Assembly (NCBI GenBank): GCA_000091205.1
Contig: AP006483.2
Strand: one strand, 5' to 3'
Source: Cyanidioschyzon merolae
Taxonomy: Eukaryota
Length of the DNA: 64,000 bases
Below are positions 32,170-44,089 of the stretch, piece after piece. The notes under the pieces were generated by a model that worked only from the letters and a program-made list of their open reading frames with translations, did not search any database and was not told where the DNA came from. Within the stretch, counting starts at the first letter, position 1, and the number at the start of each line of letters is the position of its first letter. The translations under genes and the position numbers were made by a program.

Positions 32170-33483
32170 TTAGGCCGTTCCAAGCCCTGGTTCGGTTAGC
32201 ACATCTGCATGATCATTCGGCGAGACCGAATCAGCACACTCGCAGTTCTTTTGTGCACAGGTCTTCTTTTCATAAGGTTTGCGCCGCTTCTGAGCCGCTG
32301 CGACTGCATCGGCGCCGCAGGTTGAGGCTATGAGCAAGGGCGCGAGGTTCGGACGCATGCGACCGCCCGCAGATTGGCGCATTCGCGCGCGGAGAATGTT
32401 CCGAAACTTGTCTTTGAGATTCATTGGCGTGCGTTTCGGATGGAAGCCCTCCATCTTATTGAGGATTGTCTTCCAGTTCCCGATGCCATAGAGCGCGACG
32501 CCTTCGAGAAGGAGCCGCTCCTCTTCCTCGGTAAACCGCAGATACGCCATCCGTTCTTCTTTCTTTTTCTTGGGCTTTTTCATCCGCTGGTCAGCATGCG
32601 TTAACGTTGCGTCGCTCCCCGAAGATGGCATGTCGGTGACATTTCCAGGTGGCGATGCAGCCGCGGCGGACGGAACTGCTAATGCTGGAACACCGTCCGG
32701 GCGTGCTGCCTGTCCGGCCATATGAGCAGCTCCCATAGGCCAGTACGCTGGATGCGGCACTGTCGGACAGGCCTGGACCTGTGGTGGCCATGATTGAGGA
32801 CTTGCATACCAGATCGGCCAGCTCATTTTCGAGCCAGACCCGACAACGCTAGTTGGGACGGCCCCAGTCGGAGGCAGGCACCGCGCCTCGTCGTTCCAGG
32901 ACGACTTGGTTGTGGACCAGCCCTTGACATTCCGCTCAGTATTTTGGGCGAATTGCACCGTCTGCCAACAGTTTCTGTCCAGCAACACGGGTGCCGAGTA
33001 GGAGGGGTTGGCGTAAACCACCGGCGCTCGGCAACTCGGTTGTAGTTTCGGTCGCATGTAGGCAGCATCCACGGGCTCAGCGCCCGCTAGATAGTGCCCG
33101 GCGTAGTTCCAGTATACTGGGAGCCTCGATTCGATCCAGTTCGAGCGCATAGCGTGCCTCTGTACGGCAGGATGGTCCAGGTCCCAGTACAGCGAGCCCT
33201 GTGTTGCTGAATTACTCGCAGTGTTTGCTAGAGCGTCGGGCCCAGTCCACCCGCCGCTCCGCTGCGGTGAGGCTGGGTCGTTCCCCGCCACCCACGTTCG
33301 CTGCGTCAGCGTCTTTGCGTCCGAATCGTGCGACCTCGAACCCGCACGCAGTCCGTACGCACCGAGTCGCCCACAGGGCTTCGGTATAGTAGGCTGCGCT
33401 GGAGCGTCTCCAGGCGTTGACGAGGCCAACACGTCTGCAGCTCGAGAACCGCAGTGCGCAGCAGAGCACCACTCCGCCTCCAT
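32170..33483 (-). CDS. Pro/Ala-rich protein with C-terminal Myb/SANT-like DNA-binding domain
   Basis: C-terminal YLRFTEEEERLLLEGVALYGIGNWKTILNKMEGFHPKRTPMNLKDKFRNILRAR is a single Myb/SANT (telobox-like) repeat preceded by a KKPKKKK basic patch. The track ORF starts at a GTG (33573) and the first ATG is at 33483. The middle region is low-complexity, so the gene model is uncertain. Confidence 0.45.
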   Translation of the reverse strand: MEAEWCSAAHCGSRAADVLASSTPGDAPAQPTIPKPCGRLGAYGLRAGSRSHDSDAKTLTQRTWVAGNDPASPQRSGGWTGPDALANTASNSATQGSLYWDLDHPAVQRHAMRSNWIESRLPVYWNYAGHYLAGAEPVDAAYMRPKLQPSCRAPVVYANPSYSAPVLLDRNCWQTVQFAQNTERNVKGWSTTKSSWNDEARCLPPTGAVPTSVVGSGSKMSWPIWYASPQSWPPQVQACPTVPHPAYWPMGAAHMAGQAARPDGVPALAVPSAAAASPPGNVTDMPSSGSDATLTHADQRMKKPKKKKEERMAYLRFTEEEERLLLEGVALYGIGNWKTILNKMEGFHPKRTPMNLKDKFRNILRARMRQSAGGRMRPNLAPLLIASTCGADAVAAAQKRRKPYEKKTCAQKNCECADSVSPNDHADVLTEPGLGTA

Positions 33484-33719
33484 GTTCAAGTGGTGTCCAG
33501 ACTCGTATAAAAAACAAACGTAGCTGACGTTCTGACGTCCACGCAGCGCCCCAACGAGAACAGGGCACGACACACCACCCGTCAGCCAACTGAACGCACG
33601 CGCAGAAAAGACCTCCAGGGCGAATGCACGACTCTAGAGGCACATGCGCCGCAGCGGCTGTCACTCGACGATGCCATGCCCCGAACCGCCGCCATCACCT
33701 GCCTTGCCTGCGCCAGGGT

Positions 33720-33995
33720 ATCGCCAGCGTCGCCGCCGCCAACGCCATCGCTGCAGGCAGCCGCAAGGCATTGAGATTGTGATCGTTTCCTGGAGCGCGC
33801 CTGCGTTGCTGCAGTGCAGATATTTCTGATGCGCCGCCGCCGCCGCCAACGCCATCGCTGCAGGCAGCCGCAAGGCATTGAGATTGTGATCGTTTCCTGG
33901 AGCGCGCCTGCGTTGCTGCAGTGCAGATATTTCTGATGCGTCGTCGCCGCCGCCAACGCCATCGCTGCAGGCAGCCGCCAATCCGCCTTCAATCG
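33720..33995. repeat. Minisatellite, 107-bp unit x ~2.6
   Basis: gccatcgctgcaggcagccgcaaggcattgagattgtgatcgtttcctggagcgcgcctgcgttgctgcagtgcagatatttctgatg recurs at 33744, 33851 and 33958. Confidence 0.85.
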
Positions 33996-35526
33996 ATTTT
34001 TCGTTGGATATAAGGTTTCCATCGTGGACCACGGATGCCGGATGGCGAGTTGACTACGGGCATTCGCGAAAGCGTCCATGATTCTTTACTCTGCGTCCAT
34101 TTTCCATGATCCGTACTTCCTCCTGAGTGTACGAATCGTTTTGGTGATTCCATCGTGCGCTGAGCGTCTGCTCTGCTGCACCCGCAATGGCGCCTATATC
34201 CTAGTGCGGATACAGCTCGAAGACAGGACGAGATGGTCATATGAATGAGGGCGCCAGCTCGAGGCATGATTCATTCAATACGGGATCGGAATTCACCATC
34301 TTTCTGGGAGCCTGCGTACTGCGCAGACAGACCAAGTGCGTGCGGCAGTGCGAAGCGATACGCTAGGAGCAAACGCTACCAGCGCGACACCGAAATGCAC
34401 TCCAGCCACTCCTAGTCGCAGAACAAAATGCGCTATGAACAAACTGTTCAGATGTTGCAACAGGACCGGGTACTACGGGATACCTTGCTTCAGTTTTAAG
34501 CGCCCGGTGCCGTACTTGGCGATTATGAGCGTCTTCCAGGCGATCTCGCCGACAAGTACACTGTGCGCTGTACACGCAAGATCACGCTGTTCCATGCGAT
34601 AGCGCTGCTGTGGAACGCGATGTCGTCGATGATGAAACATCTACCAGAATGAGAATCCAGATCAGAAAAGCATTCGAGAGATTTTTGGCTGAGTGTATGT
34701 TCCATTCGTGCGAAGCGGTGACGCTCTCTCTATAAGAAGCGATCACTGCACCGACTCCAGTCTGAATGCAAGACCCTCTCCCTTGCAATCGGAAAGACGG
34801 GGAATGCCCTGCCATTCAATGATGCTGCTGGTGCTGCTCCTATTGAATGCCGCTCCGTCGATGGTTTTACAAAGACACACGAGGATTCGGCTGCGGAACG
34901 GGTTGATTATTCGGCGCAACAAGTTTCATAAACTACCGGCATACGCTAATGAAAAAGCCTTCAAGGCATGATGAAAATTTTCTACTCGTATATCCAGCAG
35001 AACGTATCGTGGCGCCCACGAGTTTCCTTCCAACAGAAAGATTCAAGGCTCGAAGCATGCGTGATTCGGACACGCTGACTGTAAGGAAAGGCAACGAATG
35101 GAGGCCTGTACTTATACATTGGATGGTGATATCCGTCATTATATGAAACCCCTTGTTCGAGAGCGCCACGAGTCATCTTGACGCGGGTGCCGTCACGCAT
35201 TCCAACGGCAATACGTCAACGTATCCACTCCAAAAGACCACCGAGTATGCCGAGACTGCGCATAAATCCGTATGTTCTTGTTGCTGAGCTTTGAATGGCT
35301 AAATAGCGCATCTGAAAAGCGTTCTGAAAAATTCTGAAAGGCACGAACAGAGCAAGCACTTCTACATCCATTCTAACCTGACACGAGCGTAGCGCCCAGA
35401 CGCCAGCCAGCGTTGTCAAGTTCCACGATAATCCGGCTCGTTCACAGGCGTTATCGGGCGCCATCATGGGACCAAGGTGGGCCGGTCCCGTTGCGCTCTT
35501 TTCTCGACAGTGGCCCCAGCTTCGAT

Positions 35527-35547
35527 TGCACACACACACACACACAC
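35527..35547. repeat. (CA)n dinucleotide microsatellite
   Basis: gcacacacacacacacacacc. Confidence 0.9.
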
Positions 35548-36878
35548 CATTTCGTTAGGCGTGATCATGGCCAGCAGATGCAGCTCTCGATTGTCCTTCG
35601 CTAGATCCGTAAATAGGTGTGCCTTGTGCCATGCACATGTTGAAACTGCTTCGAGCACGTTAACCTGCAAAACCAAGCTGCTGGTTTTGGTAAGTACACA
35701 AAGCGTATCTGAAAAAGGTAACCAAAATGGAACCACAGGTCTCGGTACACACACGACGATATCTCCCTGGGACGGGACCGTGTTCGTGATCCGACGCACA
35801 AGTCTTGCTTGACTACGAAATACGACGGCTGCTTTAGCCGAATCAGGGAATGCTCTAGCGTGCGACAAGTGGGACATATTGAATGCTAGTTTACGGGCGT
35901 CTGCTGCGGCCGTCGAAGTAGCCTAGGCTGTCAGTGCGGCACTGTCCTACTGGAATCGTTGTTTTCCCGCTCACAGCAACTAAACGTCATCATGCAAGGT
36001 GCAGTCCAAAATAGTCCGCCCGACTCACAGTTTCCGGACGAAGCTCATGGATTTGCAGCATCGGTACCGGAAACGAATGTCCCCAAACAAAAGCGCAGCG
36101 TTTGTGCAACCGCAACGCTCGTCGTATACCTGGGACCTCTAATTTGCTCTTGAGCAAAGGTATGCGCTCATTAGCGGCATCCCGCTCACCACGACGTCCA
36201 TGGGCCTGGCTTTCGTTCACCTCGTGCGCATGCCATTCGTAAAAGCAGCTCGGTCTGCACGTACAGTGCGATATGCATCGTCGTCGTCGTCGTCGTCGTT
36301 GTCTGTGTGCTCGATACACATACCCCATAAACAGCCGAGTTGTCTCGCCGCAAAGCGATCGTGCCTGTTGCAACCGAGCGCTGCCTACGCTACGAAGCGA
36401 CCATGCACGGGCACCAGCGTTGACGGACAACTTTATAGAGTCGCGCTTTTCGTCGACCGACTCGAGTTGGATCCACTGGTCGCTGCGCGCCTCCGGATGC
36501 ATCAGGGACTGCGAAGCGAGCAAGTCTCACGCCGCATCCCGGTGTGATGGGCCAGCTGATAGAAACCGCTGCACGTCCGGACCATGGAGAAACCTCGATG
36601 TCGGAGAATTTAACTTTACGTTCTTACCATTGCCATGCAACACATTGCGACCTCTTGTGTCTCACATCTAGCGCATGCACTGCATCATGCGACGATATCA
36701 TTGGCTACCCATACGTTTCGCAGACGACAGATGTCGCTACGGTCGCGTTCCGCGCTCCATCGCCAGCATTCATTCGAATTCTCTCGTAGAGCTTCCCAGC
36801 ATTTTACACTTGACGGTCTCGATGACGACATCATTTTTGGGTTATACGGAAAGCGCGTTCGTTCGCCGAGCCCTCGCG

Positions 36879-37529
36879 CTAGCTCGCCAGACACGACGAG
36901 TTAAAGACGATCCCGACGCCGGATTCAGCGCCGAAGAACGTCGAGTACTCCGCTGTCGAGACATTGAACACGCTTGCCATCACAGATGGTGAGGTTTGTT
37001 CAAAGACGCTTGCCCGGCTCGCAAGGAAATAGACCTGTGGAAGACCGCTCAGATAGTTGGCGAGGAGCACCAACGGTGTCGATGATGTCTCCGGCCCGGT
37101 GATCATGTGCGGCCACCCGGCCGGGATTATCATGAAGCTCCCGTTGGTTATGGGCGTCTTCAGGTGGACAACAGAGCCGTTCGAGGACCAAAGGCTGAAG
37201 GTGCCCGTACCGGAAATGACGAAATAGAACTCGGGTGTATTGGTGTGAACGTGCGGCTCCAGAATCGCGCACTTCTTCAACGTGAAATACAAAGCAGCCG
37301 AGCCGACAGAGTTCAACAACGGATTCCGTGTCCCTTCATATGCCTGTACGGACCCTGCCGCAGTTGAGAGTGCAACCACACCGTCGACAAAGATATTCTC
37401 TACGTACTGAGAAGCCGGAGCTTCCAGCAGCTCTTGGATCGTACCAGCTTGTGGACGCGCGAACGCAGACTGCACGAGTGCTATGACGCACCACAAACCC
37501 CAAAACGAAAGCAAAGTTCTGCGCATCAT
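36879..37529 (-). CDS. Secreted germin-like / cupin_1 domain protein
   Basis: The first ATG gives MMRRTLLSFWGLWCVIALVQSAFA (signal-peptide-like). Cupin motif 1 is LEPHVHTNTPEFYFVISGTG (HxH...E). Motif 2 is IIPAGWPHMI (P.G..H). Single exon. Confidence 0.7.
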   Translation of the reverse strand: MMRRTLLSFWGLWCVIALVQSAFARPQAGTIQELLEAPASQYVENIFVDGVVALSTAAGSVQAYEGTRNPLLNSVGSAALYFTLKKCAILEPHVHTNTPEFYFVISGTGTFSLWSSNGSVVHLKTPITNGSFMIIPAGWPHMITGPETSSTPLVLLANYLSGLPQVYFLASRASVFEQTSPSVMASVFNVSTAEYSTFFGAESGVGIVFNSSCLAS

Positions 37530-37849
37530 GATTTTCGTTTTTCTTGACAACACAAATATCCGTTCGTGAATGAATTAGGGAAAAGCGTTTCGCGGTATCA
37601 TAGCGGGAGATGCTACCGCTCACTCAAGAACAGTGCCCCAGCGCATCCCAAATTAGATCCTCCGCTTGGTGCACCGACACCGCACACGCCGCGTTGGAGG
37701 GTAATCGCAGGCGGCACTGTTCATTGTTGTTCAACTTAATTGTGTTCCGCCCCCAGGTGATTGATATCAAATGGCATTTCGCGGCGCATAGCGGATGCGC
37801 TCATCCTTCGCTCATTCTCAAACCAACGAATTCCAAGCTACAGGTACAG

Positions 37850-38323
37850 ACATGGACGTCAGAGATCCCGCGGAGCCGTCATCGCCGCGTGCCAGAGAAA
37901 TCCGTGCAAAATACGCTTTTCATCGACTATCGAGCGTCGAAGAGGAAGAAGAACAAGAAGAGGTGAGGTAGGCGAGAAAAGATGCTTGCCCGACGGGACG
38001 ATAACGAGACTGTATCGGCCCAGAGGGCACGTGTTCGAGGACTTGTCGCGTCGGTGAGTTCAGGCAGCGGCAATGCACGCAATGAGTTCGTGAACCGGGA
38101 CTTTAGCGCCGCTATGCAGAGTAGACGATTTGCGGTGCTGAAGATGAGATTCGAGGAGCTGACGCCATCGAACTTTATGGGGCAGCCTCTCTGGCTCGAA
38201 GTGTGCCTGGATAAAAAGCCAAGCCGATAGCTAGCGGCCGGTCGAAAAATGCCAGGAGGCGTCTTTGAGCGGGAGTGCACATACACTCTATGGTTGAGGG
38301 ACATTTTTTTGCTTCATTGACAT
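37850..38323 (+). mobile_element. Fanzor-family 3'-terminal remnant, copy B (Tc1-like junction plus RuvC-III end plus right-end tail)
   Basis: Encodes ...SGSGNARNEFVNRDFSAAMQ... (RuvC-III remnant) ending at TAG 38228-38230. Then ggaggcgtct ... ttcattgacatg (38323), a right end shared with copy D. Upstream ~37700-37900 is homologous at DNA level to the transposase-tail region of copy D (gatcccgcggagccgtcatcgcc). Confidence 0.6.
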
Positions 38324-41300
38324 GTGGAGCAATCGTGTTCACATGACCGGTGATTCGCTGCAGACGGGTTCAGGAAACGACGGGGCAGCAGGAGAAATGC
38401 ATCGCCAATCGGATGCGGTGGATCGCGGCACCCTTCTGGTTGACAGACCGTTTACGGAAATCAGGGATGCCCTGTTGTACACCATGGGTAAACGCAGTGC
38501 CGTGATCGGTGGAACACCTGTGCGAGGACGCATTTTTGCTATTTATGGATGGCTTTTTTTGCGGATAGTCAATAAAAGGAAGGTATTCTATTGGTTGGAA
38601 AAAGTTCGCTGAAAGACTTGATGCCGTCACTGCGAGTCTGCAAAAAAAGGTCTTTTTTGTCCAAGTCAGTTCTTCTACGCTCAGCAAGCGGATGAAGCGC
38701 ATTTCTCGTTGTCCATATTGTAAAGGCCATGCACCCTAGACGGAAGTTGTTAAACCGCATCAATACGACTGTCTTCGGGTATATGCATTCTACTCCATAG
38801 ATTGTTTGACGAATGCTGATACAGAAGCCAAAGATTCTGAACTTTCCGAAACAATGACACGAATGGTGAAGAAGAAACGGGCGCGGAGAAAGAAAAAAGC
38901 GCGCTTCTCTGGGAGATCGTCGGGCGTTGAATGATACACGGCAGGTTCTATCATGTAACGTGACCGCCTATAGCAGGAGCGACGCGTATTCGTCTCGTTC
39001 GATGGGACATCATTCGGGAGAAATCGCAGTCTTCTATGTAGATGCTTAAAGAGAGGCAATCTGCTGCTCGCTAATATGAGAGAAGCGAGCGTGACGAAAC
39101 CATGACCCCGAACGGCAATCATACCGAGTGGGCGCCCAGCATTCTCTCAACGGACAGAGTTGTTGAACGCCTCCGGCTTTGTTGAAGCGCTCTTCATGGC
39201 ATCTCCTTCCAGCACTCTAAAGTCCTGCTATAAAAGAAAACCACATTCCATCAAGAAGAAACGGTGAAAGCGTATGCAGCTGAAACTGGCTTTGATCTGC
39301 TCTTCGTGTCAGCGTATTAGACTTGCTTCCGTCTAGTCAAAGACGTCTCCTCTGTTGCCAAACGCCATTTCTATGTCCAGCGCACGATAGACGGCTCGTT
39401 CGCATCCGTGACACCAAAGTTCTGTGGCAAGTCGCTCGCTGTTACCTTCACCAGTCCTGAACTACTGTATTGCCCCCGAGCCCGTACACGACATCGAGCG
39501 TAGAGGTGCGCTTCGGTCTGTGCGCGTGATCGCGACGCAGAACGGAACAAAAAACCCTGCTGGAATACGCAGTGCATTCGTAGAGGAGGCGCGCTTCAGT
39601 GCAATCGATCATCCAGATCGTCTGAGAATCTAAGAATCAAAGAGATGCGGAGTGTAGCGATCACAAGCGTGACATCCCACCATGTAAAGAACACAGCGAC
39701 AAACGAGATGAGGTAGAAACCATCCGACAAAGGAGAGGCAGATCCCGCAGAAAAACAACGAGGACGAGGAGGGACAGCGATGAAAACCTGTCGGAGCAAA
39801 ATAGTCAGTTTGAAACCACTGTCAAGGTTTCGCTCCGAAAAATGCAGCGTGGGGATTCTGCAAAACAAACCGAGATGCAGAGCGCCATGATGGATAGTAT
39901 ATAGCTTCGTACTCGATCAAGGCTCGCCTAGCTTGCCTCACCATGAAGCGTCATCTCGAGGAACGATTTCTAGACGTTCCGGATGCAGGGCTCCCATCTG
40001 TCCATATTCCCCTGGAAGTTCTCGATCAGACCTTCGTGCGCTAACACAACTGGTGCTCGGCACAGAAGCGGCAGTACGGCCGGGATCGGAGGATCAGCGA
40101 TTTCGGCACGCGCTTCTCAGAATACCATGACGAGTTGCCATGCCGTATCGGCGATGGGCACAATCCACTGCGCAGTTGCCGAAAATCATCAAAGCAATCT
40201 CGAAAACCGTATGCGAGATAATCAAGAGGGTTTCATAGAAAGCACGCAGTGGGCGTTGCAGCCTCACCAGACTGACCCAAACATGAGGAACTTCATGAAA
40301 GCGGCTCTCCAGTTCGGAGATTACACGGGCGTCAGAATGGCTCACGCGAAGGAGCTTTGGCGGCAGTGCATGATACTGCGCTTTGGATCACCATCGGTTT
40401 CGGTTGTGCGGAGGCAAGAAGCTTGGATTCGCCAATTTGTTCAGCGAGCTGGAAAAGGAAACGATCGAGAAAACACGGCGCGAGCTCGTGGTAGCCTATG
40501 GAGCTGGACCTGCGGTACCAGGCGCGCGCCGCACCCCTGGCCCTTCGACGACAGCAAGCAGCAAGTGCAGGCATCGATTGTAACCGATTCTCATCCTTGG
40601 ATTCAGAAGGATCGAACCGCATCACGAGCACGGTCACACGCTGGAACAGGTAGAGAAAATGAACATGAAACGGATCCAGATGCACGAAACGGTAAACACT
40701 AAGATGGCTGAATATCGATTGGTGAGGCAATCGAGATTTCCTGGCTTCGTATGGTGTGATTCCACCAGCAGCGGAGCGCGCGAGCTCGCCATGCACAACC
40801 TCGTGAACGCCTCGATCCACGTCCGGAAATGTCGTGTGTTTCCGGAGCGCCCAGCAGCATTGCATCGAGCGAACTTTCAAGGAAATCACTGAGTATTCAG
40901 TGTGGACGTAATGCTGAACCGCTGAAGAGTCTCGATGAAAAACCAGCGGCCGTCAGAGGTGCATTGGATGCGCATCTAGAGCAATGCAATGGACTGGTAC
41001 GCGTTCGTAATGCAGAAAGGAATGGATTCCCGATATATACAACGAGAAAGGTTCTCTCGGACAATTGGTGATCGCTCACGGTAGTCCATTACTCGAAATT
41101 CCTCTGTGGCTGCTTTCATTGTCTGCAGAGAGGGATCGCATCGCACGTAAGATCAAGAAATTATAGACGAAGCATCCGGGGCCTACTGCCAGCGAATCTT
41201 CATATTCAAATGAAAGTCCATGGAATGGTGGCAGCGGCACTGGCGGTGTTAGATTTATGGAGACTGGAGGACATAAGGCGCAACCATGAAGGCTCCCTCG

Positions 41301-41860
41301 GATGTCGATACCAGTCGCGCCGTTCGGGATATCTCGCTCGTGTCCACAAAATCCAACACAGCCTAAAAACCCAGAGCGGGATGCGGCTACGAATATCTCA
41401 CGATAAACGGATGCTGGACGATGAGCCCTGAAGCACCCGACGTGTCTAGATGAGCAGCTAGTTTCTGGAATAGCCCGCTGCCAATCAACGGCGCTATCCA
41501 CATACCTGTGGCCCTGCGAGATGGAGCACCTGGAACGCAGCTCGTTCCTGGAAGTGCCTTGCAACCTTAAAAGTGTACATCCTTGGGCCCTTATCGCAGA
41601 CAAGAGGTAGTTCTTTCGTGGCGACTCGCCTCAAGCGAATGCATATGCCGTAGGTTACTTTATAATCGGGGGTGTTTCTAGAACGGGTATCTCTTGCTGG
41701 GTCGTATGCTTTTTCTGAGCGGAAGCGCACGAGCGAACGTTTCAGGTCGCTGAGGCCTTGGACGCCTCCCGCTGCGACGATAAACGACGCGCGTGACTTG
41801 GCCACAGTCGTTCTGCGCACCCGCACCCAGCTGTTCGCACAAAGCAGCACTGGTGCGGTC

Positions 41861-43189
41861 TCAACGACGACGAGACTCGGAGCGTTTTCCCGCTGTTACA
41901 TGCGAAAGCGCTTCAGCATTACTATCGAGCTTGCTTAGTATCGAGGCAGCAACAGCGTCAATGCGTGCGAGAATTTCAGTTTTCAAGGCTTGCAGGTCTG
42001 CCGGTGTTACCGCCGCAACCGACACGGGCGCAGACTTTGGCACCGGGCGTGAGCTCCGACCAGCACCAGCACCAGCACCAGAACCGGGCGCACCACTCAC
42101 TTCCTCGCCAGCGACCAGTCCGGTATGCACCTGTCTTCGTCGACCGGCTGCACCGCTTGGAGCAGCCCCCGTTGGATGAGAGGTTGCGCTCTGGGTGGTC
42201 TGGGCTTCGCCACTGGCCTGGAGTGGTCCGGCACCAGCAATCGTACCCGCTGCTGTCTGATGTTTCCCGTCGGTGCCCGTTCGCCCATGCGCAGGCCCGT
42301 TCGGTTTCGGAACACCGACACGAGCTGGTCGCCAGCGTGTGCCGCCACGCTCGAGGTTGAGCATCTCACTGGACTGCGTCTCTGGGAAAAACACCTCATA
42401 GAGTCCAGTGCCCTCATCCATACGCAGAATCGTGCACCCCATCCAGGCACGCAGTGGCGCGTAGAAGACCTCGATATCCGTATTCGGGTGTAGGTGTGGT
42501 CGAAGAAGACGTTCGCGCTGCTGAATATGAACTTCAAGTTCTTTTAGCCTCGCGTCCGCAGCGGCAGCTTGCTCCTCGTAGGCAGCAACTTCGGCGCGAT
42601 ATTCCAGCGCCCTCTCCTCGGCTGCCTCTAGAAGAAGCTCGGCGTGCTGACACACCCAGTTCTCCGCTGGATCCTGGTTGTACGCTAGTGTGTTGTCACG
42701 CATGAGACGCACGTCGGCGAGGAAGGCATCCAAACTCGCGTACATGTTTTTGCGAGCCCGTTCCCGGAAGTGGTTCAGAAAAACAGGCTGTTTGATCCTC
42801 CGCCGATAGTCATTGGTGGGCGGAATCCGCGTAAAGTCCACCCCGGTATTCGCCGGACGCGACAAGAGCGTCGCATTCGGCGGCCTCTGCTCCACCGGAA
42901 GTGACCGCGGCACGCGTCGAATGACCAAGCGCACTGGGTCATTGAGCTTCGCCGTGGCCTCTTGGTCGATGTACGCCAGCTCCTCGTTCCGAAGGGCTTC
43001 CTCGATGGCCAGTATCACCCGATTAATACGCTCGCGAGCTTCATCTCGTCGTTTCCGTTGTGCAGCTACCTCTTCGGCCTCAAGCGCCGTTATTTTCGTG
43101 AGCAAGTCGAGGTACTCTTCGTCGAGCCGTTTCCGTTTTTCAACAAAGTCCTCCAGCTTGGTCGTTGGCGTCACCTCGGCAAGTACCAT
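41861..43189 (-). CDS. Bromodomain-containing protein (probable) with coiled-coil N-terminus and Ala/Gly/Pro-rich C-terminus
   Basis: ATG at 43189. The segment IKQPVFLNHFRERARKNMYASLDAFLADVRLMRDNTLAYNQDPAENWVCQHAELL follows the bromodomain helix B-C pattern (Y..L..F..D..LM..N...YN.....V), with the ZA-loop region upstream. Confidence 0.45.
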   Translation of the reverse strand: MVLAEVTPTTKLEDFVEKRKRLDEEYLDLLTKITALEAEEVAAQRKRRDEARERINRVILAIEEALRNEELAYIDQEATAKLNDPVRLVIRRVPRSLPVEQRPPNATLLSRPANTGVDFTRIPPTNDYRRRIKQPVFLNHFRERARKNMYASLDAFLADVRLMRDNTLAYNQDPAENWVCQHAELLLEAAEERALEYRAEVAAYEEQAAAADARLKELEVHIQQRERLLRPHLHPNTDIEVFYAPLRAWMGCTILRMDEGTGLYEVFFPETQSSEMLNLERGGTRWRPARVGVPKPNGPAHGRTGTDGKHQTAAGTIAGAGPLQASGEAQTTQSATSHPTGAAPSGAAGRRRQVHTGLVAGEEVSGAPGSGAGAGAGRSSRPVPKSAPVSVAAVTPADLQALKTEILARIDAVAASILSKLDSNAEALSHVTAGKRSESRRR

Positions 43190-43289
43190 CTTGCCCCAGT
43201 GGAAGATACACTCTGCCGTCTAGCGCTCTAGGCCCGACAGACCCCGACGCCAAGCCCTGTAACGCACAGTACGGCGCACGGGATGGTGT

Positions 43290-43836
43290 GCGCTGCGCCC
43301 CCGACGCAATTCTCAAAATCGCTGTGCGGAATTCGGAGCGCAGTGCCCCCGATGCACAGCCCTGAATCCCTGGGGGAATTCTCAAAATCGCTGTGCGGAA
43401 TTCGGAGCGCTGTGCCCCCGATGCACAGCCCTGAATCACTGGGGGGGAATTCTCAAAATCGCTGTGCGGAATTCGGAGCGCTGCGAACCCGATGCACCGC
43501 CCTGAATCACTGGGGGGAATTCTCAAAATCGCTGTGCGGAATTCGGAGCGCTGCGAACCCGATGCACAGCCCTGAATCCCTGGGGGGAATTCTCAAAATC
43601 GCTGTGCGGAATTCGGAGCGCTGCGAACCCGATGCACAGCCCTGAATCCCTGGGGGAATTCTCAAAATCGCTGTGCGGAATTCGGAGCGCTGTGCCCCCG
43701 ATGCACAGCCCTGAATCCCTGGGGGGAATTCTCAAAATCGCTGTGCGGAATTCGGAGCGCTGCGAACCCGATGCACAGCCCTGAATCCCTGGGGGGAATT
43801 CTCAAAATCGCTGTGCGGAATTCGGAGCGCTGTGAA
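43290..43836. repeat. Satellite array, ~62-bp unit x ~9, EcoRI site (gaattc) twice per unit
   Basis: gaattctcaaaatcgctgtgcggaattcggagcgctg(tg/cg)(cccc/aacc)cgatgcacagccctgaatc(c/a)ctgggggg is repeated head-to-tail with point variants. Confidence 0.9.
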
Positions 43837-44089
43837 TGGTATCCCTCGTAGAGATGCTATGGATGCTATTCTTAAGAGTGATGGTATGAATGTTGACGAT
43901 GATTCTGCTTCCCGTGTCGCTCGCAAACGTTCGTGCGATTGCAGCAGCGCGTTCCATGTGCACAGCTACGTATCCGGTTGGAGATTGTGCGAGACATTGC
44001 AGGAGTCTCACGTGCGTGCATGTCGTCAGGCTTGATGACGAATCGTTTACCATGGAACATTGCTGCATCTTACGGACGTTCAATGCAAT

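Noticed and set aside
39983-40889. ORFs 39983..40702 (+) and 40332..40889 (-) as genes
   Set aside because: They are mutually overlapping on opposite strands with no recognisable domains, and lie in the stop-dense lower-GC block. They are left unannotated.
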